A stretch of DNA of 25,779 nucleotides from Anaerovoracaceae bacterium. Lineage in GTDB: Bacteria > Bacillota > Clostridia > Peptostreptococcales > Anaerovoracaceae. How positions within the stretch are numbered: position 1 is the first letter of the stretch; every line of letters begins with the position of its first letter. The translations under genes and the position numbers were made by a program. Location: contig JBAYOC010000001.1 in the NCBI GenBank assembly GCA_041678465.1, positions 1 to 25,779 on the forward strand, in the 5' to 3' direction. Positions 16,716 to 25,779 of the stretch are shown in pieces. Under the pieces are notes generated by a model. The model did no database searches and had not been told where the DNA came from. It was given only the letters and a program-made list of their open reading frames with translations.

Positions 16716-17651
16716 ATGGAATTCAGACATACATCAGTACTATACGAAGAGATCATTGAAAACCTGAACATCAAACCCGAAGGCATCTACGTAGATGGAA
16801 CCTTGGGAGGGGGCGGTCATTCTGCAGGAATCTGTGGGGGGCTCAGTCTTAAAGGTACACTGATAGGGATTGACAGGGATATAGACGCATTGCGGGCTGC
16901 GCAAGAAAATCTACAGCAATATGATTGCAGAAAATATTTTGTTCAAAACAACTACGAGAACGTTTATGAAGTGCTGCAGCAACTAGGTGTGGAGAAGATA
17001 GACGGGGCAGTTCTGGATTTGGGAGTATCTTCCTTCCAGTTGGACAACCCTGAACGAGGCTTTTCCTACATGAATAACGGAAGCCTGGACATGCGAATGA
17101 ATGCAGAAGATCCGCTCACTGCATGGAAGGTCGTAAATGAATGGGACCGGGATGAAATCACCGAAATCATAAAGAAATATGGCGAGGAGAGATGGGCTTC
17201 CCGTATCGCACAGTTCATTGCGGAAGCGCGCAAGCAGCAGCCGATTCAAACCACATACGAGCTGGTGGATATCATCAAAGCAGCTATCCCGGCTTCCGCC
17301 AGAAGAGAAGGGCCTCATCCCGCAAAGAGAACTTTTCAGGCGATCCGAATCGCTGTAAACGATGAGTTGGGCCAGCTGGAACGAGCAGTAGACCGGTTTA
17401 TAGACGTCCTAGGCAGTGGCGGCAGGCTTTGCATCATAACATTCCATTCCTTGGAGGACCGCATTGTAAAGGAAGCCTATCGCAGAAGATTAGATCCTTG
17501 TACTTGCCCTAAAGAATTTCCGATTTGTGCCTGCGGAAAGAAAACAGATGTAAAGAAAGTATCGGGAAAACCGATTTTACCCGGAAAACAAGAAATCGAA
17601 GAGAATCCAAGAGCCCGAAGCGCAAAATTGAGAGTCATTGAGAAGAGGTAA
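16716..17651 (+). CDS. rsmH: 16S rRNA m4C1402 methyltransferase
   Basis: HTSVL, DGTLGGGGHS, DLGVSSFQLD..RGFSY, HPAKRTFQAIRIAVNDEL, FHSLEDR, NPRARSAKLR. Confidence 0.98.
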   Translation: MEFRHTSVLYEEIIENLNIKPEGIYVDGTLGGGGHSAGICGGLSLKGTLIGIDRDIDALRAAQENLQQYDCRKYFVQNNYENVYEVLQQLGVEKIDGAVLDLGVSSFQLDNPERGFSYMNNGSLDMRMNAEDPLTAWKVVNEWDRDEITEIIKKYGEERWASRIAQFIAEARKQQPIQTTYELVDIIKAAIPASARREGPHPAKRTFQAIRIAVNDELGQLERAVDRFIDVLGSGGRLCIITFHSLEDRIVKEAYRRRLDPCTCPKEFPICACGKKTDVKKVSGKPILPGKQEIEENPRARSAKLRVIEKR

Positions 17652-17657
17652 AAGGAT

Positions 17658-18101
17658 ATGATGGCAGCGGAAAAGTGGTACGAGTACCAAAAAAGTTATC
17701 AGAAGTATGGCTTGGATATGAAGCCCGTTTGCGCAGCGGAAAAAGAAGAGTACAAGTCTCCCTGTTCCCAAGTCAGCGGTAAAGATAAAGCCAGACTGCT
17801 ATTTCTGACTTTGTTTGCAGGACTGCTCTGCATTTGCCTGATTATTACAGCGGCCTATTCCACGCAAATCAAGTTCAACACAAACTCCCTTTTGGCCCAG
17901 TCAGATGTGGTGCAGGGAGAAATCGAGAACCTGAATGTTGCCATTAAGAGTGCCAATAATGTCTCCATCATTGAAGAAAAAGCGATCAACGAACTTGGCA
18001 TGGTCTATCCCGATGCAGACCGGATTTCTTACATCAATGCAGACAGCAATACGATTCCTGACTTTGCCTTGACATTGAAACAACTGGCATTCAAGGACTG
18101 A
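17658..18101 (+). CDS. ftsL: Cell division protein FtsL-like
   Basis: Position between rsmH and the PBP; single TM helix followed by a coiled coil and IEEKAINELGMVYP. Confidence 0.75.
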   Translation: MMAAEKWYEYQKSYQKYGLDMKPVCAAEKEEYKSPCSQVSGKDKARLLFLTLFAGLLCICLIITAAYSTQIKFNTNSLLAQSDVVQGEIENLNVAIKSANNVSIIEEKAINELGMVYPDADRISYINADSNTIPDFALTLKQLAFKD

Positions 18102-18195
18102 TGGTGCGAAACCTGTTAAGTGAATCCCCGACAAGTCATAAAGTACCAGGCCCGGGAGTAAAATATTAGGAACACTAAGGAATAATTGCATATGG

Positions 18196-18204
18196 TGCTA
18201 TAAT
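18196..18204 (+). promoter_or_regulatory. Possible internal extended -10 promoter before the PBP gene
   Basis: TG-C-TATAAT in the 184-nt ftsL-PBP gap; no good -35. Confidence 0.45.
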
Positions 18205-18285
18205 GTCGGATAACAGAATGAAGTGGACAAATCGTTTATCCGGCTTTGTGTTTTAGCGGTAGAAATCTACAAATTAGGAGAGAAT

Positions 18286-20283
18286 ATGACAAACAGCTCA
18301 AACAGAAATAGAAAGAGAATGATATTTGTCTTCTTTGTAGTGTGTTTTCTATGCACTGCCCTGATCTTCCGAGTGGGGTGGATCCAGGTAGTAGCCAGTG
18401 ACCGTTACGCAAAGCTTGCCGTAGAACAGCAGACTATGGATACCCCTATCCCCGCAAAGAGAGGGGTTATTTATGATAGAAACGGCAAGGAGATGGCTAT
18501 AAGTGCCGTCACAAACACCATATGGGCAAGGCCCGGCGATGTGAAATCCGCCAGAACGGAAGAAGAAGGACTGGCGAAGCAACAAAACGCGGCAAGGGTA
18601 CTGGCTGAGATACTTGAGATGGAAGAATCAGAGGTATTTGAAACTGTTACCGCGAAGAAATCACTGGTCCGGGTTGCAAAGTATGTGGATAAGGACAAAG
18701 CCGACAGAATCCGGGAAGCGCGGCTCCCGGGCATTTCCATCGCAGAGGATGTAAAGCGATACTATCCCATCGGAGCGTTTGCCTCCCACGTTTTGGGCAG
18801 CACCACGGACGACAACCGCGGGCTTTCAGGGATCGAATTAAAGTATGACAAGTACCTTTCCGGCATACCGGGAAGGTGGATCAAAAATACAGACGTTGCC
18901 GGCGATAGTCTTTCTTACGGCATAGAAAAATATTTTCAAGCAGAGGATGGCCTCGGTGTATTGCTTACCATCGATGAGATTATACAGCATTTCGTGGAGA
19001 AAAGCATTAAACAGGTCCAGGCGGATACCCAGGCCAAAAGAGTATTCTGCCTCATCATGGATCCGCAAACCGGTGATATTCTGGCTATGGCCATGACACC
19101 GGAGTTCGATCCTAACGATCCCCGAACCCCCTTAGAACCAGCTGCCGCTAATTATGTAAAAAGCCTCTCCGACGCAGATAAGCTCACATACTGGAACGAG
19201 ATGTGGAGAAACCCCATGATCAGCGACACCTATGAACCTGGGTCCACGTTTAAATTGATAACAACTTCTATCGCACTGGAGGAGAGAGTAACAAATCCCA
19301 GTGAACATTTTACCTGCACCGGCAGTACGGTGGTGGCGGGTCAAAAACTCTCCTGCTGGAGATCCTATAGACCCCACGGAGATCAGACACTGACCCAGGC
19401 AGTTCAAAATTCCTGCAACCCGGTCTTTGTCAATTTGTCCCAACGATTGGGCCTTACCACCTACTATGAATACCTGGATAAGTTCGGCCTCAGGGAGAAG
19501 ACGGGAATCGACTTCCCCGGCGAGGGAGGCAATATACTGCAAAACATTGAAACCGCCGGACCTGTGGGTCTGGCCACCATGTCCTACGGCCAGGGCATCG
19601 CCGTCACGCCCATCAGCCTACTCACCGCCGTCTGTGCACTGGGCAATGAAGGCATGCTTATGGAACCAAGGCTGGTCCAAGGTCTACTTGACGAAAAAGG
19701 TATGGTCATCGAAAGCTTTGAGCCACGAGAGGTTAGGCAGGTAGTATCCAAACAAACTGCGGATGAAATGTCTCTGATCATGGAATCCGTAGTATCTGAA
19801 GGTGGGGGAGGAACCGCTAAAGTAAGCGGTTACCGTATCGGCGGAAAGACCGGCACAGCCAATAAAGTCGTCAATGGCGTCTACGTAGATGACACATACT
19901 CTTCGTTCATCGGCATGGTTCCTATGAACAATCCCCAACTGGCAATCCTTTTAGTAGTCGATTCCCCCAAGGGAGTCAAGTTTGGCAGTCAGACCGCTGC
20001 TCCCGGTGTAAAAGCCATTTTGGAAGAAACTCTTCGCTACCTCAATGTGGAAACTAGCTTCACCGATGAGGAACTGGCGCAGATGAAAAGCAATATGGTT
20101 ATGGTACCAGAAGTGACAGGAGAGAGCTTTAGTGAAGCGATCGGTATACTGGGAGGTGCAGATCTCGTTTACCAGGTGTCGCCCGCGGGGACAGGGAGTG
20201 AGGATTTTACCATCGTCGATCAGTACCCGAAGGCAGGGGAAGAGGTAAAGAAGGGGACCAACGTTTATCTGTATTGGAAATAG
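18286..20283 (+). CDS. spoVD: Class B penicillin-binding protein (SpoVD/FtsI type) with C-terminal PASTA domain
   Basis: N-terminal TM, RG.IYDRNG, R.YP.G, SxxK (PGSTFK), SxN (SCN), KTG (GKTGTA), PASTA-like VPEVTG...DQYP.AG; AGGAG RBS before ATG 18286. spoVD versus ftsI is not resolvable from sequence alone. Confidence 0.85.
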   Translation: MTNSSNRNRKRMIFVFFVVCFLCTALIFRVGWIQVVASDRYAKLAVEQQTMDTPIPAKRGVIYDRNGKEMAISAVTNTIWARPGDVKSARTEEEGLAKQQNAARVLAEILEMEESEVFETVTAKKSLVRVAKYVDKDKADRIREARLPGISIAEDVKRYYPIGAFASHVLGSTTDDNRGLSGIELKYDKYLSGIPGRWIKNTDVAGDSLSYGIEKYFQAEDGLGVLLTIDEIIQHFVEKSIKQVQADTQAKRVFCLIMDPQTGDILAMAMTPEFDPNDPRTPLEPAAANYVKSLSDADKLTYWNEMWRNPMISDTYEPGSTFKLITTSIALEERVTNPSEHFTCTGSTVVAGQKLSCWRSYRPHGDQTLTQAVQNSCNPVFVNLSQRLGLTTYYEYLDKFGLREKTGIDFPGEGGNILQNIETAGPVGLATMSYGQGIAVTPISLLTAVCALGNEGMLMEPRLVQGLLDEKGMVIESFEPREVRQVVSKQTADEMSLIMESVVSEGGGGTAKVSGYRIGGKTGTANKVVNGVYVDDTYSSFIGMVPMNNPQLAILLVVDSPKGVKFGSQTAAPGVKAILEETLRYLNVETSFTDEELAQMKSNMVMVPEVTGESFSEAIGILGGADLVYQVSPAGTGSEDFTIVDQYPKAGEEVKKGTNVYLYWK

Positions 20284-20293
20284 AGGATAGCAA

Positions 20294-21778
20294 ATGAAAC
20301 TAAAAAGCTTGCTTCTCAATACCGGTATCCAATGCCCGGATACCCTGAAGGAAACGGATATTACGGGAATCAGTTATGATTCCCGAACGATACAAAGAGG
20401 AAATCTTTTCGTATGTCTCCGCGGAAGAAATACAGACGGACATATTTATGCAGAAAAAGCGGCTTCTCAAGGCGCAGCTGCAATTATCTCGGAAATAGCA
20501 CTGCCCTTAACAGGAGCCCCTTTGCTGATGGCAGAGGATTCCCGGAGGGCTTTGTCTGTAATAGCAGCCAACTATTATGGGCATCCCCATCGCTGTATTT
20601 CCCTTTATGGCATCACGGGAACAAACGGAAAGACCACCGTGTCCTACTTGATGAGGAGCGGTCTCGAAGCATGGGGAAGGCCCTGTGGGTTGACAGGGAC
20701 CATATCTTACATTGTAGGCGAAAAAGAGTACCAGGCAGAGCGCACCACGCCGGAATCCCTCGATTTGCAACGAATCTTTGCAGAATTGAAGTCGAAAGGT
20801 ATCCGATGCTGTGTAATGGAGGTTTCCTCTCATGCTCTGCAGCTTGGAAGGGTTCAGGATCTCCGGTTTGAATACAGCGTTTTCACCAACTTGTCCCAAG
20901 ATCACATGGACTTTCATAAAGACAAAGAAGAGTATTACCGGACTAAAAAGAAACTGTTTAAGCAAACGACAAAAATGGGAATCATCAACATAGATGACGA
21001 TGCAGGTGGGAAACTTTTCTGTGAGCTACCGGAGGAGGCTGTTCCGGTACGGTCCTTTTCTCTCACCGACAGCAATGCAGACTATTACGGTGAAGTGAAG
21101 GAAATGAATGAAAAGGGCTGCCACCTGTCCTTCCTTTACAAAGGAAGAGAAGTTGCAGAAATAAAATCCTCTTTGGTAGGGCGGTTTTCTCTGTATAACA
21201 TCCTGGCTGCCGCCGGCTGCCTTCATTCCATTGGAGTACCCGGGGAGATTATCGCCGCAGGCATTGAAAACATAAAAGGGGTTCCGGGGCGTTTCGAACC
21301 GGTGGAAAACAACCGGGGCATTCCCATAATCATAGATTTTGCCCATACTCCCGATGCGCTGGAGAAAGTCCTGATCACCGCTGCAGATATAGTAAAGGGA
21401 AGACTCCTGTGTGTATTCGGCTGCGGAGGAGATCGCGATCGGAGCAAGAGACCCCTCATGGGAAAGATCGCAGGTCGATATGCAGACTATTGCATCGTGA
21501 CCAGCGATAACCCGAGAACAGAAAATCCACAGCAGATTACTGCCGATATTGAGGAAGGACTCTATGAAACAGGCTGCAACTACCAAGTAATCGAAGACAG
21601 AAGAGAAGCGTTGAGCTACGCCATCTCCATGTACCGAAAGGGTGACCTGATCCTAGTTGCAGGCAAAGGACATGAGAATTATCAGATTATAGGCGAAGAT
21701 AAAAAGCATTTTAGTGACCGGGAAACCATTCTTGAACTGATTGATAAAGAGGAGAAAGATACCTATGGAAACAATTAA
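20294..21778 (+). CDS. murE: UDP-MurNAc-Ala-Glu:meso-DAP ligase
   Basis: GITGTNGKTT, TTPES, MEVSSH, FTNLSQDHMDFH, DFAHTPDAL, DNPR (motif typical of meso-DAP specificity), AGKGHE. Confidence 0.96.
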   Translation: MKLKSLLLNTGIQCPDTLKETDITGISYDSRTIQRGNLFVCLRGRNTDGHIYAEKAASQGAAAIISEIALPLTGAPLLMAEDSRRALSVIAANYYGHPHRCISLYGITGTNGKTTVSYLMRSGLEAWGRPCGLTGTISYIVGEKEYQAERTTPESLDLQRIFAELKSKGIRCCVMEVSSHALQLGRVQDLRFEYSVFTNLSQDHMDFHKDKEEYYRTKKKLFKQTTKMGIINIDDDAGGKLFCELPEEAVPVRSFSLTDSNADYYGEVKEMNEKGCHLSFLYKGREVAEIKSSLVGRFSLYNILAAAGCLHSIGVPGEIIAAGIENIKGVPGRFEPVENNRGIPIIIDFAHTPDALEKVLITAADIVKGRLLCVFGCGGDRDRSKRPLMGKIAGRYADYCIVTSDNPRTENPQQITADIEEGLYETGCNYQVIEDRREALSYAISMYRKGDLILVAGKGHENYQIIGEDKKHFSDRETILELIDKEEKDTYGNN

Positions 21779-23153
21779 AGCAGGAAAACTTGCTGAGGTA
21801 ACGGCAGGAAAGCTTTTATGGGGCGATCAGGAAGGGGATGTTTCAGGTATATCCATAGATTCCAGAACGCTGACCTCCGGTATGGCCTTCTTCGCGATAA
21901 AGGGGGAGAGGGTTGACGGACATGACTACCTCGAGGATGCGCTCAAGGCAGGATGTACTGCTCTGGTAGTTGAGAGAGACAACACTCTAGCCATGGATAT
22001 CCTCCGTCCGTCAGGAGCTTCCCTGATCAAGGTTGAAGACACAGAACGAGCGCTTCAGGATCTTGCCGCTTGGTATCTATCTTTGTTTGATGTCCATAAG
22101 ATTGGGATCACAGGAAGTACCGGAAAGACTACCACGAAAGAAATGCTCTATCACATACTGTCTGAGAAGTATAAGACTGTAAGCAATCAAGGGAATTTTA
22201 ACAACCTGATAGGGTTGCCGCTCTCTGTTTTTAACGTAGATAGCGCTACCGAAGCTGCAGTTTTTGAGATGGGTATGGATCGGTTGGGGGAAATCCACCG
22301 GCTTGCAGAGATCGTACGACCTGATGCAGCAATCATAACCAATATTGGTGTGTCCCATCTGGAGCGACTGGGTAGCAGGGAGAATATCCTCAAGGCAAAA
22401 ACGGAAATCTGTGACTTCATGAATCGGGAGAACACGCTGATTATCAATGAAGATAATGATCTGCTTTCCGGACACTGCTTCGGCGGGGAACACAACACCA
22501 TCACAGTTGGGCAGGGAGAGAAGGCAGAAATACAAATATCCGGGCTGAAGGATATGGGTGAAAAGGGTATAGCTTTCGGTCTTCAAAGAGGTGATGAGAA
22601 CCTGGTTTTTCGCATCGGGAGCCCCGGATTGCACAACAGCATCAATGCCGCGCTGGCTGTGGCAACGGCTCAGGTCTTTGGAATCACCATGGAGGAGGCA
22701 TCTTCCGGGCTTTCAAAGCTCAGTGCCACAGACAAGAGATTGCATATCAAAGAGCTTGGCGGAATAAAGATAATCGATGATACTTATAATGCCAGTCCGG
22801 ATTCTATGAAAGCGGCTCTGGATGTGCTTTCTTCCGTTCAGAGCATCAGGAAGATGGCTATATTGGGAGATATGTTTGAGCTGGGAGAAAAAGAAGAAGA
22901 ATATCATCGTATGATTGGAGAATACGCTTCCAAAAAAGGCATTCATGTGGTACTATCAGTTGGTAAAAACGCAGAACTGATATCTCTGGCAGCCAAAGAA
23001 GGCGGGATACAGGCTTTTCACTTCAGCAACAAAGAAATGCTGAAAAGTGTACTCCCTCAATGGGTCCGAAAAGGGGATGCCATCCTGATTAAGGGGTCCC
23101 GAGGAATGGCCATGGATGAAATCGTAAAACACCTGGAAGACATTAATGAATAG
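21765..23153 (+). CDS. murF: UDP-MurNAc-tripeptide:D-Ala-D-Ala ligase
   Basis: ITGSTGKTTTKE, NFNNLIGLP, FEMGM, DDTYNASPDSM, LGDMFELG, LIKGSRG; GAGGAG RBS before ATG 21765, 14-nt overlap with murE. Confidence 0.96.
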   Translation: METIKAGKLAEVTAGKLLWGDQEGDVSGISIDSRTLTSGMAFFAIKGERVDGHDYLEDALKAGCTALVVERDNTLAMDILRPSGASLIKVEDTERALQDLAAWYLSLFDVHKIGITGSTGKTTTKEMLYHILSEKYKTVSNQGNFNNLIGLPLSVFNVDSATEAAVFEMGMDRLGEIHRLAEIVRPDAAIITNIGVSHLERLGSRENILKAKTEICDFMNRENTLIINEDNDLLSGHCFGGEHNTITVGQGEKAEIQISGLKDMGEKGIAFGLQRGDENLVFRIGSPGLHNSINAALAVATAQVFGITMEEASSGLSKLSATDKRLHIKELGGIKIIDDTYNASPDSMKAALDVLSSVQSIRKMAILGDMFELGEKEEEYHRMIGEYASKKGIHVVLSVGKNAELISLAAKEGGIQAFHFSNKEMLKSVLPQWVRKGDAILIKGSRGMAMDEIVKHLEDINE

Positions 23154-23168
23154 AACAAGGATATACAA

Positions 23169-24128
23169 ATGGATTATCTACAGATGGCAATACCCTTCGC
23201 TGTTGCATTGATTTTAACATCAATCATGACACCCATATTCATCTCCTTTATGGAGAAGCGAAATGGGGGACAGTGCATTCGTGAGGAAGGACCAAAATCC
23301 CATATGGCAAAGTCCGGGACACCGACCATGGGAGGATTGGCCATTATTCTTGCGGTATTGGTGACTTGTGCAGCAACGAATATCCGGAATACGGATATGC
23401 TTATTATACTTGCCGCATTTTTGGGCTATGGCCTTTTGGGGTTTTTGGACGATTTCGTCAAGGTTAGCATGAAGCGGAACCTTGGGCTCACGGCCAGGCA
23501 GAAGCTCTTTTTCCAGACCCTTATCGCTGTGGGGCTGGCCATATATCAGGCGAAGGTGTCCGTTTACGGGACCACGGTGGTGATACCGTTCACTGACAAG
23601 TTTGTAGACTTGGGGATATTATACGTGCCGTTTATCGCATTTGTAGTGGTAGCGATGGCAAACAGCGTAAATCTCACGGACGGACTTGACGGGCTTGCGT
23701 CGGGAGTAACCATGTTTGTGGCGCTATTCCTCGCTTTGGTGGGAATCGCTTTCAGCTTTACTGCTACCTCGGTCTTTTGCAGTGCGATTACGGGGGCATG
23801 CCTGGGTTTCCTGTTCTACAACAGGCATCCGGCAAAGGTCTTCATGGGAGATACGGGATCTATGGCCCTAGGCGGTGGCATTGCTGCAGCAGCTATTATT
23901 ATGAATATTGAGTTAGTCATACCTATTGCCGGAGGTGTCTATGTGGCGGAAGCCATTTCGGTGATCCTCCAGGTGTTGTATTTTAAGAAAACAGGCGGAA
24001 AGCGGCTGTTTAAAATGGCCCCTCTGCACCACCATTTCGAATTGTCAGGATGGAAGGAGACGAGAGTGGTGGCCATGTTCTGGATCGTGACGATCGTACT
24101 CTGTGTCGTCAGCTTACTGGCTGTATAA
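23169..24128 (+). CDS. mraY: Phospho-N-acetylmuramoyl-pentapeptide transferase
   Basis: KSGTPTMGG, GFLDD, NSVNLTDGLDGLA, VFMGDTGS, MAPLHHHFE. Confidence 0.98.
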   Translation: MDYLQMAIPFAVALILTSIMTPIFISFMEKRNGGQCIREEGPKSHMAKSGTPTMGGLAIILAVLVTCAATNIRNTDMLIILAAFLGYGLLGFLDDFVKVSMKRNLGLTARQKLFFQTLIAVGLAIYQAKVSVYGTTVVIPFTDKFVDLGILYVPFIAFVVVAMANSVNLTDGLDGLASGVTMFVALFLALVGIAFSFTATSVFCSAITGACLGFLFYNRHPAKVFMGDTGSMALGGGIAAAAIIMNIELVIPIAGGVYVAEAISVILQVLYFKKTGGKRLFKMAPLHHHFELSGWKETRVVAMFWIVTIVLCVVSLLAV

Positions 24129-24142
24129 AGGGAAGTGGAAAA

Positions 24143-25504
24143 ATGGATGTTAAGAACAAAAATATTTTAGTTATCGGAATGGGGAGATCGGGCATAGCTG
24201 CTGCGGAGGTACTCCTGTCCCTTGGCGCAAACGTGTCTGTATATGACGGAAAGCCTTCCGGAGAGATGGAACCGCACCTGATTCAGTATTTTATGAGTCG
24301 AAAGGCGACCTGCTATTTTGGAGTAGAACCGGTAGATGTGAGTGGCTATCACTTTGCAGTAGTGAGCCCGGGAGTTCCGCTGACCAACAACCTTATACAG
24401 AGGATTATGGCTGAAGATATCGAACTCTTGGGTGAGGTGGAGTTCGCTTACCGCATCGGAAAGGGAAATTACGCAGCGATTACCGGCACCAACGGGAAGA
24501 CGACAACCACAGTGCTTACCGGTGCAATATTCAAGCAGGCAGGCAGACCTACGGAAGTGGTGGGGAACGTGGGCCTTGCTGTAGTAAAAAAGGCGATAAG
24601 GGCCACGGAAGATACCTGGCTCATTACTGAAATCAGCAGCTTTCAATTAGAAACTACCCGGGATTTTCATCCCCATATTTCCGCGCTGTTAAATATAACA
24701 CCGGATCACCTGGACCGCCATCTGAGTATGGAGAACTATGCAAAAGCCAAGGCGCTGATTTACCGGAACCAGGACGAGAATGACTACTTCATAGTAAACC
24801 GCGATGATGAGAAGAGCTGGAAACTGACAGAAGGCTGCCGCGCAAAGGTGGTTCCCTTCAGCAGGAACGAAGAGCTGGATTTTGGAGCATTTGTAAAGGA
24901 TGAAGCCATCGTAATTCGTGACGAGAAAGGCACTCTTCATACTATATGCAAGGCGAGAGAGCTGGGAATTCCCGGTGTACACAATCTGGAAAACGCATTG
25001 GCAGCAGCAGCTATTGCCTTTTTTGCAGGCATAGACGCGGATGCTATCGGCATGGCTATGGAAGGTTTCCAAGGAGTTGCTCACAGACTGGAGTTCGTGA
25101 ACGAGATACGGGGCGTTCGTTTTATCAACGATTCCAAAGGTACCAATACAGATGCATCCATCAAGGCGATTGAAGCGGTGGATACTCCCATCATTCTCAT
25201 TGCCGGAGGCTACGATAAGAGCGTTTCATTTGAACCCTTGATCGATGCCTTTAACGGAAAGGTCAAAGCACTGGTTCTCTTAGGAAGAACGGCGTCGAAA
25301 ATTAAAGAGGATGCAGAGAAAAAAGGATTTACGAATATCATCATGGCAAAAAATATGGAGGAATGCGTCAGGGAAAGCTTTCGAATCGCAAAATCAGGAG
25401 ATACTGTACTGTTGTCTCCTGCCTGTGCCAGCTGGGATATGTACTCGAATTTTGAGCAGCGGGGGGATCATTTTAAGAGCTGTGTGAACGATTTGGAAAA
25501 ATAA
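24143..25504 (+). CDS. murD: UDP-MurNAc-L-Ala:D-Glu ligase
   Basis: GMGRSG, AITGTNGKTTT, EISSFQLE, NITPDHLDRH, HRLE, NDSKGTN, LLSPACASWD; ATG 24143 preferred over the extension that overlaps mraY. Confidence 0.97.
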   Translation: MDVKNKNILVIGMGRSGIAAAEVLLSLGANVSVYDGKPSGEMEPHLIQYFMSRKATCYFGVEPVDVSGYHFAVVSPGVPLTNNLIQRIMAEDIELLGEVEFAYRIGKGNYAAITGTNGKTTTTVLTGAIFKQAGRPTEVVGNVGLAVVKKAIRATEDTWLITEISSFQLETTRDFHPHISALLNITPDHLDRHLSMENYAKAKALIYRNQDENDYFIVNRDDEKSWKLTEGCRAKVVPFSRNEELDFGAFVKDEAIVIRDEKGTLHTICKARELGIPGVHNLENALAAAAIAFFAGIDADAIGMAMEGFQGVAHRLEFVNEIRGVRFINDSKGTNTDASIKAIEAVDTPIILIAGGYDKSVSFEPLIDAFNGKVKALVLLGRTASKIKEDAEKKGFTNIIMAKNMEECVRESFRIAKSGDTVLLSPACASWDMYSNFEQRGDHFKSCVNDLEK

Positions 25505-25521
25505 GCAGGCAGGAGTAGGGA

Positions 25522-25779
25522 ATGGCAAAGAAGGCGAAAAAGAAAAAGACGAAAAAGACACGGATGAAATCCGGAGACTTTCTCTTGACAATTCTGGTGC
25601 TTGCTTTTGTTGTTTTTGGGATTATTATGGTGTTCAGCGCAAGCTACTACAGTTCCATCAGCGAGACGGGGGATCCCTATACGTATCTGAAGGATCATAT
25701 CGTCTGGGCCTTGCTGGGAGCAGCGCTGATGCTGATCACTGCTCTTCTGGATTATCACATTTATGAGAAGCTGGCTCCT
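25522..25779 (+). CDS. ftsW: SEDS-family protein FtsW/SpoVE (3'-truncated by window end; absent from the ORF track)
   Basis: Manual translation MAKKAKKKK...DFLLTILVLAFVVFGIIMVFSASYY...DPYTYLKDHIVW, with the G..MV.SAS signature; follows murD. Confidence 0.9.
   Translation, partial: MAKKAKKKKTKKTRMKSGDFLLTILVLAFVVFGIIMVFSASYYSSISETGDPYTYLKDHIVWALLGAALMLITALLDYHIYEKLAP

Noticed and set aside
18189-18210. CATATGGT (SigE/SigK-like -10) and TGTCGGA (Spo0A-like box) before the PBP gene
   Set aside because: No matching -35 at the expected spacing, and the 0A box is only 6/7 and single; too weak to call.
564-25758. Many 60-200-aa antisense or alternate-frame ORFs (e.g. 1135-1698, 3460-4029, 13766-14374, 22077-22634)
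   Set aside because: They overlap well-supported genes, lack recognisable motifs, and are expected shadows of codon bias.

Overview
Chromosomal window from a spore-forming-type Clostridia genome (taxon is inference from gene content and order). It is mostly housekeeping: the 3' part of tig, then clpP-clpX-lon-engB-DUF1232-hpt-pduL-deoC on the + strand. An accessory-looking middle block (about 8.2-16.1 kb) holds a GPH-family sugar:cation symporter, an SGNH hydrolase divergent from a DUF1836 putative regulator, an orphan CopZ-like protein, lgt-ychF (-), a NYN + OST-HTH/LOTUS RNase and a 437-aa Cys-rich protein (-). The dcw cluster follows: mraZ-rsmH-ftsL-bPBP(spoVD/ftsI)-murE-murF-mraY-murD-ftsW/spoVE (cut by the window end). 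No transposase, cas gene, CRISPR array, tRNA or rRNA was seen. The most unusual signals are non-coding. (1) A 66-nt palindromic element occurs twice; each copy starts at the TAA stop codon of a gene (deoC, ychF), and the two copies differ by two nested micro-inversions of their hairpin loops. (2) The 15.83-16.13 kb intergenic region is rich in hairpins, including a 33-bp inverted repeat with TA ends (MITE-like) and G-U-supported minus-strand stems upstream of the Cys-rich gene. All repeat alignments, pairings and start-codon corrections were read by eye; no database search or folding program was run.
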